64,000 nt of DNA, taken from Candidatus Methylomirabilia bacterium. Its GTDB lineage: Bacteria > Methylomirabilota > Methylomirabilia > Rokubacteriales > CSP1-6. The stretch spans positions 298 to 64,297 of the forward strand of contig JBGQHJ010000004.1 in assembly GCA_041497895.1 (NCBI GenBank), in the 5' to 3' direction. Below, in pieces: positions 42,388 through 52,379 of the stretch (position 1 is its first letter; each line of letters opens with the position of its first letter). Below the pieces are notes generated by a model, which did no database searches, was not told where the DNA came from, and was given only the letters and a program-made list of their open reading frames with translations. The position numbers and the translations under genes are program-made.

Positions 42388-43295
42388 TTCCGGCGCGGAT
42401 CGCGCTCGCGGTGGTCCTCCTGTGGGCGGCGGGCTCGAGCGCCGCGCCGGCCGCACCCACGCGTTTTCCGTCTCCCGAGGCCGCCGTCGCGGCCCTCGTC
42501 CAGGCGGTGCGAGCAAGCGACACCGCGACGCTGCTGCGCGTGCTCGGACCGGACGCCCGGGCGCTCGTCGCCTCGGGTGACGACGTGGCCGATCGACAGA
42601 GCCGGGAGCGCTTCGTCCGCGGCTACGACGAGGCCCACCGGCTCGCCGAGGTCGGCCCGGGGATGCTCGTCCTCACGGTCGGCCGAGACGAGTGGCCCAT
42701 GCCGATCCCGCTCGTCCAGGACGCCGCGGGCTGGTGGTTCGACACCTCCCGGGGTCGGGAAGAGATCCTCAACCGGCGTATCGGGCGGAACGAGCTCAAC
42801 GCGGTCCAGGTCTGCCTGGCCTACGTCGACGCCCAGCGCGAGTACTACGTGCGCGATCCCGACGGGGACGCCCTGCTGCAGTACGCGCAGCGGTTCCGCA
42901 GCACGCCCGGCAAGCGCGACGGGCTCTACTGGGACGCGCCGCCCGACGAGGCGCCGAGCCCGCTGGGTGCGCTGGTCGCCCGGGCCGAGGCGGAAGGCTA
43001 TCCGACGAAGCGTCCGAGTGGCGGGCGCATCCCCTACTGGGGGTACTATTACCGCATCGTGAAGGCCCAGGGAGCGCGCGCGCCGGGCGGAGCCTACGAC
43101 TACGTCGTGCGCGGCAACATGATCGGCGGCTTCGCGCTGGTCGCCTACCCGGCCGAGTACGGCGCCTCGGGCGTGATGACCTTCATCGTCAGCCACGACG
43201 GGGTGGTCTACCAGAAGGACCTGGGCCCGGGCACCGATGTGGCCGCGCGGGCGCTCACGCTCTTCGATCCCGACCCCACCTGGTCGCGCTTCTGA
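42384..43295 (+). CDS. DUF2950 domain protein
   Basis: ATG 42384 overlaps the upstream stop (ATGA). Has a signal peptide. YWGYYYRIV and GGFALVAYPAEYGASGVMTF are typical of DUF2950, the usual partner of DUF3300. Confidence 0.8.
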   Translation: MIPARIALAVVLLWAAGSSAAPAAPTRFPSPEAAVAALVQAVRASDTATLLRVLGPDARALVASGDDVADRQSRERFVRGYDEAHRLAEVGPGMLVLTVGRDEWPMPIPLVQDAAGWWFDTSRGREEILNRRIGRNELNAVQVCLAYVDAQREYYVRDPDGDALLQYAQRFRSTPGKRDGLYWDAPPDEAPSPLGALVARAEAEGYPTKRPSGGRIPYWGYYYRIVKAQGARAPGGAYDYVVRGNMIGGFALVAYPAEYGASGVMTFIVSHDGVVYQKDLGPGTDVAARALTLFDPDPTWSRF

Positions 43296-43333
43296 GCCAC
43301 CCGCCCCTCGCGGCCGAGCCGGACGCGCTCCCG

Positions 43334-45196
43334 GTGCGCGGGTTTCAGGGCAGCGCCGAGGAGATCGAGCGGCAGTGGTACGAGCAGGTCTACCGCGGCC
43401 GCGGCGACCGGCTGCCCCAGCTCACGTGGCGCGCGGTGGTCATGGGCTCGGTGCTGGGCGGGCTGCTTTCCCTCACTAATCTCTACATCGGGCTCAAGGC
43501 GGGCTGGGGCTTCGGGGTCGCCATCACCGCCTCCATCCTCTCGTACGCGATCTGGAGCGTGGTGCACCGGCTGGGCCTCGCGCGCACGCCGATGACCATC
43601 CTCGAGAACAACTGCATGCAGTCCACCGCGAGCGCGGCCGGCTACTCCACCGGCGGGACGCTCATCTCCGCCTTCGCGGCCTACATGCTGATCAACGACC
43701 GCGCGCTGTCGCTCCCGGTGATGCTCGCGTGGATCTTCTTCCTCTCGGTGCTCGGGGTGACCATGGCCATCCCGATGAAGCGCCAGATGATCAACATCGA
43801 GCAGCTCCGCTTCCCGAGCGGCATCGCGGCGGCGGAGACCCTCCGAGCGCTCCACTCGGTCGGCGACCGCGGCGCGCGCTCGGCCCGGGCCCTCGGCTGG
43901 GCCGGCCTCGGCGCGGTCCTCGGCAAGTTCTGGGCCGAGGGCCTCGTGCTAGTGAGCCCGAAGCTCGCCCCCTTCATGGTCGGCACGTGGATCGCGGCGG
44001 CCAACGAGCGCCTGCTCGGGCCCGCCTGGATCGGGCGGACCGTGATGCTCTCCTGGGAACCCATGTTCGTCGCGGCGGGCGCCATCACCGGCTGGCACGT
44101 GGGCTGGAGCATGCTGCTCGGCAGCGTCGGCGCGTGGATGATCTTCGTGCCCATGCTGCAGCACCAGGGCGTGATCGAGGGCTCGGGCTACGGCACGCTC
44201 GTGCAGTGGACGCTCTGGGGCGGCGTGGCGTGCATGGTCACCTCGAGCCTCGTCGCCTTCGCCATGCAGTGGCGGACCGCGCGCCGCGCCTTCGCCGATC
44301 TCGGCGCGATGTTCAGCGGCCGCGGGCGGGCCGCGGACGATCCGCTCGCCGCGATCGAGACCCCCGCCTCCTGGTTCCTCTGGGGCCAGGTCGTGGGCTT
44401 CGCCGGCCTCGCCTGGCTCGGCCACGTCACGTTCGGCATGCCGTACTGGCAGACCGGGGCCGCGGTGCTCCTCTCCTTCGTGCTGGCCCTCGTCGCGTGC
44501 CGCGTCACCGGGGAGACCGACACCACGCCGGTGGGCGCCATGGGGAAGATCACCCAGCTCTTCTTCGGCGCGGTGAGCCCCGGCAACATGAACGTGAACC
44601 TCATGAGCGCCGCGGTCACCGCCGCGGCCGCGAGCAGCAGCGCCGACCTGCTCACCGACCTGAAGAGCGGCTATCTCCTCGGGGCGCACCCGCGCCGGCA
44701 GTTCGTGGCCCAGTTCGCCGGCATCTTCGTCGGCACCCTCGTGAGCGTGCTGTCGTTCCGGCTGCTCGTGCCGGACGCGAGCGCGCTGGGTGGGGACCAG
44801 TTCCCCGCGCCCGCGGCCCAGGCGTGGCGCGCGGTCGCGCTCGCGCTGTCCCACGGCGTCCTCGCGCTCGGCCCGGTCAAGACGTGGTCGATCGCGGTCG
44901 GGGCCGGCGTCGGCGTCGTCCTGTCCGTGCTGCCGGCGATGTTCCCCGCGCGCCGGCACCTCTTCCCGTCACCGGCCGGGCTCGGCCTGGCGTGGACCTT
45001 CCACTGGCACTACGGCCTGCTGTTCTTCCTGGGCGGCGGGCTGGGCTGGTGGGCCGAGAAGAAGTACCCCCGGTGGTCGGAGGAGCTCACCTTCCCGGTG
45101 GCCTCGGGCTGGATCGCGGGCGAGAGCCTGATGGGCGTGCTACTCGTGATGTGGCAGAACGGCCCCGAGCTCGTGCGCAGGCTGACCGGCCACTAG
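43334..45196 (+). CDS. OPT family oligopeptide transporter
   Basis: About 620 aa polytopic protein with QLTWRAVVMGSVLGGLLSLTNLYIGLKAGW. The start (GTG 43334) is uncertain. Confidence 0.85.
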   Translation: MRGFQGSAEEIERQWYEQVYRGRGDRLPQLTWRAVVMGSVLGGLLSLTNLYIGLKAGWGFGVAITASILSYAIWSVVHRLGLARTPMTILENNCMQSTASAAGYSTGGTLISAFAAYMLINDRALSLPVMLAWIFFLSVLGVTMAIPMKRQMINIEQLRFPSGIAAAETLRALHSVGDRGARSARALGWAGLGAVLGKFWAEGLVLVSPKLAPFMVGTWIAAANERLLGPAWIGRTVMLSWEPMFVAAGAITGWHVGWSMLLGSVGAWMIFVPMLQHQGVIEGSGYGTLVQWTLWGGVACMVTSSLVAFAMQWRTARRAFADLGAMFSGRGRAADDPLAAIETPASWFLWGQVVGFAGLAWLGHVTFGMPYWQTGAAVLLSFVLALVACRVTGETDTTPVGAMGKITQLFFGAVSPGNMNVNLMSAAVTAAAASSSADLLTDLKSGYLLGAHPRRQFVAQFAGIFVGTLVSVLSFRLLVPDASALGGDQFPAPAAQAWRAVALALSHGVLALGPVKTWSIAVGAGVGVVLSVLPAMFPARRHLFPSPAGLGLAWTFHWHYGLLFFLGGGLGWWAEKKYPRWSEELTFPVASGWIAGESLMGVLLVMWQNGPELVRRLTGH

Positions 45197-45530
45197 AACT
45201 CGCGGAGCGAGCTGAGATAGGCGGCCAGCGTCTCCAGCTCGGGCCCGGCCAGCTGGATCTTCGGCATGTGCTCCACCGACCCTCGCGCCGGCGTGTCCCG
45301 GAGCCAGCGGGACAGGTACTCCCGCGAATACTTGGCGCCCACCCGCGAGAGGCTCGGCGCGGTCGTGGCGCCCACGCCGCCGATGGCGTGACAGCCGTAG
45401 CAGCCGTGGGTCTCGAAGAGGCGCCGTCCGCGCGCCACCGGCGAGTCGCCGTCCTCCGCCGCGGCCGGCGCGGCGGCGAGGAGCAGGGCACTCACGGTCA
45501 CCGCCCGCATCACGGTCCCGAGCGAAGCCA

Positions 45531-45534
<4 letters not shown>
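45193..45534 (-). CDS. Monoheme c-type cytochrome, secreted; paralog of 25261..25566
   Basis: CYGCH heme motif, HMP, and a signal peptide. The start overlaps the ppsA stop (GTGATG). Confidence 0.8.
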
Positions 45535-47937
<2,403 letters not shown>

Positions 47938-47945
<8 letters not shown>

Positions 47946-49170
47946 GGCGGAGCGCCTCGATCGGGTTGAGCCGGGATGCCTTCCGGGCCGGGTAGTAGCC
48001 GAAGAAGATCCCGACCGCGGCGGCGAAGAGGAACGCAGGCAGGACGGCCGACCACGAGACCAGCACGCTCCACTCGAAGAAGTAGGCGATCACGTAGGAC
48101 GAGGCGGCCCCGACCACGATGCCGATCAGGCCCCCGGCCAGGGACACGAACACCGCCTCGATCAGGAACTGGCCCAGGATGTCCCGGCGCCGCGCGCCGA
48201 CCGCCCGGCGCAGGCCGATCTCCCGCGTCCGCTCCGTCACCGAGACCAGCATGATGTTCATGATCCCGATGCCGCCCACCACCAGCGAGACCGCGGCCAC
48301 CGCGGCCAGGAGCAGGCTGAGGACGCGGGAAGACGCCTCCTGGCTGGCCAGGACCTCGGCCAGGTTCCGGAGCGCGAAGTCGTCGTCCTGGTTGGGCTGC
48401 AGGTGATGCCGCTGCCGGAGCAGCTCGCGGATCTGCAGCTCGGCCTCCCCCATGCGCGCGGGATCGGCGACCTTGACGAGGATGCCGCCCACCGATCGGG
48501 CGTTGGCCGGGCTCACCCCCAGGACCTTCTTCTTCGCGGTCGAGATGGGGATGATCACCGTGTCGTCCTGGTCCTCGCCCCGGGCGCTCTGCCCCTTGCG
48601 GGCCAGCACGCCGACGACGGTGAACGGCACCGTCTTGATCCGCACCGTCTGGTCGAGCGGGTCGCTGCCCCCGAAGAGATTGTCGGCCACCGTCTGCCCG
48701 AGCAGGATCACCTTCCCGGCGGCGTCGACGTCCTCCGCGGTGAGGAGCCGGCCGGTGGTCACGCCCCAGTCGCGGGCCTGGAAGTATTCCGGGGTCACGC
48801 CCTGCATCGCGGTCGACCAGTTGCTGTTGCCGACCACCGCCTGGACGCCGCCCCGCACCGTGGGCGCGGCCGCCTCGACGCTCGGCACGTCCCGCTGGAT
48901 CGCGCGGGCGTCGTCCTCGGTGATCGTGAGCAGGCTGCCCGAGCCGAGGCGGACGCCGCCCGAGGTGATGGAGCCCGACATCACGATGATCAGGTTCGAG
49001 CCGAGGCTCCGGATCTGCTCGGCGACACGGACCTGCGCGCCCGCCCCGACCGCCATCATGGTCACCACCGCCCCCACCCCGATGATGACCCCGAGCGCGG
49101 TGAGGGCGGTCCGGAGCCGGTTGCTCCGGAGCGCGGCCGACGCCATCTGCAGCGTGGCGCCGATCTTCAC
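47938..49170 (-). CDS. ABC transporter permease, MacB/FtsX-like
   Basis: MacB periplasmic-domain sequence followed by an FtsX C-terminal 3-TM module. GTG 49170 overlaps the upstream stop. Confidence 0.9.
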
Positions 49171-49904
49171 GCCGCCCGCCCCGCGTCCACCGCGAGCCCG
49201 GCCCGGGCGTCCCGGGGGTGCTCGATCCGCTCGTCGCCGACCAGCTCGCCGTCGCGGAAGCTCAGCACGCGCTGCGCGAACTGCGCGATGTCGGGCTCGT
49301 GGGTCACGAGCACGATGGTGAGACCGGCCCGGTGCAGGTCCTGGACGACCGCCATGATCTCGGCGCTGGTGCGCGTGTCGAGGTTGCCGGTCGGCTCGTC
49401 GGCCAGGAGGAGGATGGGATCGTTGACGAGGGCGCGCGCGATCGCGACCCGCTGCTGCTGGCCTCCCGAGAGCTGCCCGGGCCGGTGCTGGGCCCACCGC
49501 TCGAGCCCGACCATCGCGAGCTTGCGCCGCGCCCGCTCCCGGCGCTCGCGCCCGGGGACATCCCCGTAGAGCAGCGGCATCTCCACGTTGGCCTGGGCCG
49601 TGATGCGCGGGAGCAGGTTGAACTGCTGGAACACGAAGCCGACGCGCCGGTGCCGGATGGCCGACAGCGCATCGTCGTCGAGGCTCGACACGTCGCGGCC
49701 CTCCAGCAGGTACCGCCCCGCCGTCGGCGTGTCGAGGCACCCGAGAATCGTCATGAACGTCGACTTCCCGGAGCCGGACGGGCCCATGACCGCCACCATC
49801 TCCCCGGCCCGGATCTCGACCGAGACGCCCCGCAGCGCGTGCACCGTGTGGTCGCCGAGGGAATAGTCCTTCGAGAGCCCCTGGGTCGTGATCAGCGGAA
49901 TCAG
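49167..49904 (-). CDS. ABC transporter ATP-binding protein (MacB/LolD-like); apparently a non-canonical (CTG/ATT) start
   Basis: Walker A GPSGSGKST, signature LSGGQQQRV, Walker B LLLADEP. The homology-defined N-terminus (L)IPLITTQGLSKDY begins at CTG 49904, 5 nt after GAGGAGGAG. Confidence 0.85.
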   Translation of the reverse strand: MIPLITTQGLSKDYSLGDHTVHALRGVSVEIRAGEMVAVMGPSGSGKSTFMTILGCLDTPTAGRYLLEGRDVSSLDDDALSAIRHRRVGFVFQQFNLLPRITAQANVEMPLLYGDVPGRERRERARRKLAMVGLERWAQHRPGQLSGGQQQRVAIARALVNDPILLLADEPTGNLDTRTSAEIMAVVQDLHRAGLTIVLVTHEPDIAQFAQRVLSFRDGELVGDERIEHPRDARAGLAVDAGRAA

Positions 49905-50104
49905 TCGAGCTCCTCCTCGGAGCGCCCGCAGTGGTCGCAGCGGGTCGCCGGCCAGTCGGTCCCTGCAGCGTCTTCCTCGCCGGAGGCGGCGTGGATCAGC
50001 CCGCCGCAGGGGCAGGGCTCCGGATACTCCTCCAGGCACTCCGGGCATCTCGCGTCGCCCACGACGTGCGTCGTCTCGTCGCCGATCACGAACAGCTCAG
50101 GCAT
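49901..50104 (-). CDS. Small acidic Cys-rich protein (67 aa), putative zinc ribbon
   Basis: CPEC...CPC...CDHC. GGGAGG upstream of ATG 50104. High GC3 in this frame. Confidence 0.55.
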   Translation of the reverse strand: MPELFVIGDETTHVVGDARCPECLEEYPEPCPCGGLIHAASGEEDAAGTDWPATRCDHCGRSEEELD

Positions 50105-50118
50105 GGTGCCCGCCTCCC

Positions 50119-50556
50119 TCACCGGCAGACCAGCACCGGGATCTTGCTGTGGGTGAGCACCTTCATCGTCTCGCTGCCGAGCACCAGGGCCGACATGCCC
50201 TTCCGCCCGTGGGAGGCCATGAAGATCAGGTCGCAGCCCCCCTTGCGGGCGGTGTCGATGATCGCCTCGTAGGGGTGGGGCGCCCGGACGTGGAGCGTCT
50301 CGCAGGGCACGCCCGCGACGCTCGCCTCGGCCTTGGCCATCCCGAGACACTTCTCGGCCAGCGCCTCGCAGTGCTGCTCGTACTGCCCGGGGGTGTCGCT
50401 CACCATGACCGGATCGAGCGCGAAGGCGTGGAACGGGATCGAGACGGTCATCGCGGTCACCCGCGCCTGCATGCTCTTGGCGAAGAGAATGCCTTGCCGG
50501 ATCGCCAGCTCGGACAGCGTGGACCCATCGGTGGGGATCAGGATGTGCTTGTACAT
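50119..50556 (-). CDS. Universal stress protein
   Basis: 145 aa. MYKHILIPTDGS..., ASHGRKGMSALVLGSET. Confidence 0.9.
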   Translation of the reverse strand: MYKHILIPTDGSTLSELAIRQGILFAKSMQARVTAMTVSIPFHAFALDPVMVSDTPGQYEQHCEALAEKCLGMAKAEASVAGVPCETLHVRAPHPYEAIIDTARKGGCDLIFMASHGRKGMSALVLGSETMKVLTHSKIPVLVCR

Positions 50557-51209
50557 GTGGAGCCTCCTTCGGGCCAGCCCTCGGCCCCGATCAGTGGGAC
50601 GAATGCCACGTACTCCAGGTTCTCGTGCTCGTACTCGTGTGCGTCGGTCCGGGTCACCCGGACGAGCCGCTGGCTGCGCGGGTCCGTGCCCACCGGCATG
50701 ATCAGCCGGCCGCCGACCGCGAGCTGGTGCAGGAGAGCCTTGGGCACGCGCGGCCCACCCGCGGTCACCAGGATCGCTTCATAGGGGGCGTGCTCGGGCC
50801 AGCCCAGGCTGCCGTCGCCCTCGAGCACGTGGACGTTGTCGTATCCGAGCTCCGCCAGCCGCCGGCGCGCCGTCTCGGCCAGCTCCCCGACCCGCTCGAC
50901 CGTGTACACCTCGCCCGCGATCCGGGCCAGGACCGCCGCGCCATAGCCGGAGCCGGTCCCGATCTCGAGCACCCGCTCGCCGGGCTTGATCCCGACCGCC
51001 GCGGTCATGACCGCCACGATGTACGGCTGCGAGATGGTCTGGCCCTTGCCGATCGGCAGCGGGCCGTCGTCATAGGCGAACCGCTCCATCGAGGCGGGCA
51101 CGAAGCGCTCCCGCGGGACGGTCCGCATCGCGTCGAGCACGAGCGGATCGGTGATGCCCCGGGCCTCGATCTGGGTCGCGACCATGCGCTCCCGGTCCTC
51201 GCTCAGCAT
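50538..51209 (-). CDS. pcm: Protein-L-isoaspartate O-methyltransferase
   Basis: 223 aa. QTISQPYIVA and the SAM motif VLEIGTGSGY. Confidence 0.9.
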   Translation of the reverse strand: MLSEDRERMVATQIEARGITDPLVLDAMRTVPRERFVPASMERFAYDDGPLPIGKGQTISQPYIVAVMTAAVGIKPGERVLEIGTGSGYGAAVLARIAGEVYTVERVGELAETARRRLAELGYDNVHVLEGDGSLGWPEHAPYEAILVTAGGPRVPKALLHQLAVGGRLIMPVGTDPRSQRLVRVTRTDAHEYEHENLEYVAFVPLIGAEGWPEGGSTCTSTS

Positions 51210-51241
51210 CGGAGCATCACCTCCCGCTCGTCCGGATCCGG

Positions 51242-51682
51242 CTACTCGGCCTTGATCGGGATCATCGTGCCCTTGGCCGCCGGCGTCTTGGGCAGGGTCA
51301 CGGTCAGCAGGCCATTCTTGAAGCTCGCGGTCACCCGGCTCGCGTCCACCGCCACCGGCAGGCGCACGCTGCGGGTGAACGACCCGTAGGTCCGCTCCAC
51401 GCGGTGATAGCGCTCGTCCTTCTCTTCCTTCTCCTGCTTCTTCTCCCCCTTGATGGTCAGGAGGTTCTCCTGGAGCGAGATCTGGATGTCCTTCTCTTCC
51501 ATGCCGGGCGCCTCGATCTTCGCGACCAGGCTGTCCTTCGTCTCCGAGATGTCCATGCTCGGAGCCCAGTCACCGAGCGCCGGGAAGTCCTCCCACTTGC
51601 TCTCGAAGACCCGGTCGAACGCCCGATCCATCTCCTGCTTCAGACTCGCCATCCCCGTCCACGGCATCAACATGCGCATCAT
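51242..51682 (-). CDS. Hsp20/alpha-crystallin family small heat-shock protein; paralog of 18929..19360
   Basis: MMRMLMPWTG... parallels MMRGLMPWAG in the paralog. GAGGAGG precedes ATG 51682. Confidence 0.9.
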   Translation of the reverse strand: MMRMLMPWTGMASLKQEMDRAFDRVFESKWEDFPALGDWAPSMDISETKDSLVAKIEAPGMEEKDIQISLQENLLTIKGEKKQEKEEKDERYHRVERTYGSFTRSVRLPVAVDASRVTASFKNGLLTVTLPKTPAAKGTMIPIKAE

Positions 51683-51735
51683 CGATCCTCCTCTTGGCGA
51701 GAACGTTCCTCTCAACCTACCCGCCGGGCTCCAGG

Positions 51736-51751
51736 TGCATCGTGAGTGCCA
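51736..51751 (-). promoter_or_regulatory. Sigma-54 promoter upstream of the hsp20 / pcm / USP / ABC / ppsA / cytochrome c operon
   Basis: The minus strand reads TGGCAC-tcacg-ATGCA. Predicted +1 is ~51725, 43 nt before ATG 51682. Confidence 0.6.
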
Positions 51752-51881
51752 GGTAGAAGCCGCGCCAATTCAACCGCTTGGCGCGGGCGCGCGGACGAGT
51801 TGCCGAGGCACGCGCGCCCCGGTGAGGCCCGCCCGCCCCAGCGCGTGACGCCGGAAGGCCCGATCTAGCGAGCATTTCCAT

Positions 51882-51897
51882 CGGCATCTGCCTTGCA
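51882..51897 (+). promoter_or_regulatory. Sigma-54-like promoter upstream of the CBS / ACP-FAAL-acyltransferase / HdeD operon
   Basis: CGGCAT-ctgcc-TTGCA. Predicted +1 is ~51908, 31 nt before ATG 51939. Divergent from the 51736 promoter. Confidence 0.5.
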
Positions 51898-51938
51898 CCA
51901 CGATGGGCCGACCCACTCTCACTCACAGGAGGAATGCC

Positions 51939-52361
51939 ATGCTCGGGAAGATCTGCACCAAGCCAGTGGTGACCGCGTCGGCCCAGATGACGGTGGATCA
52001 AGCCGCGCGAGCGATGCGATCCAAGAACGTCGGATCCCTCGTGGTCGTCAACGCCGGACGGCCGGTCGGGATGCTGACCGACCGGGACATCGTCGTCGAG
52101 GTCGTGGCCCGCGGGATGGATCCCGAGGAGGTCCGGGTCGGCGACGTCATGGTCAAGAAGCCGGTGACGATCCGGCAGGATCTCGGGATCTTCGACGCGG
52201 CCAGGACTTTCGCCAAGACCGGCGTCCGCCGGCTCCCCGTCGTCACCGGCAGTGGCGCGCTGGTCGGCGTCATCACGATGGACGACGTGCTCATGCTCCT
52301 CGGCAACGAGATGGGCCACATGGCCGGGGCCCTCTCGGCCGGGCTTCGCCGGGTCTCGTAG
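51939..52361 (+). CDS. CBS-pair domain protein
   Basis: 140 aa starting at ATG 51939, preceded by CAGGAGGA. Two CBS repeats. Confidence 0.85.
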   Translation: MLGKICTKPVVTASAQMTVDQAARAMRSKNVGSLVVVNAGRPVGMLTDRDIVVEVVARGMDPEEVRVGDVMVKKPVTIRQDLGIFDAARTFAKTGVRRLPVVTGSGALVGVITMDDVLMLLGNEMGHMAGALSAGLRRVS

Positions 52362-52379
52362 GCCCGGCGAAGCGCGACC

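Noticed and set aside
49905-50048. The canonical-start (50048) extension of the ABC ATPase ORF.
   Set aside because: The extension is Arg-rich with no homology-like features. It fully overlaps a better-formed small ORF in another frame. The ATPase family N-terminus aligns at 49904.
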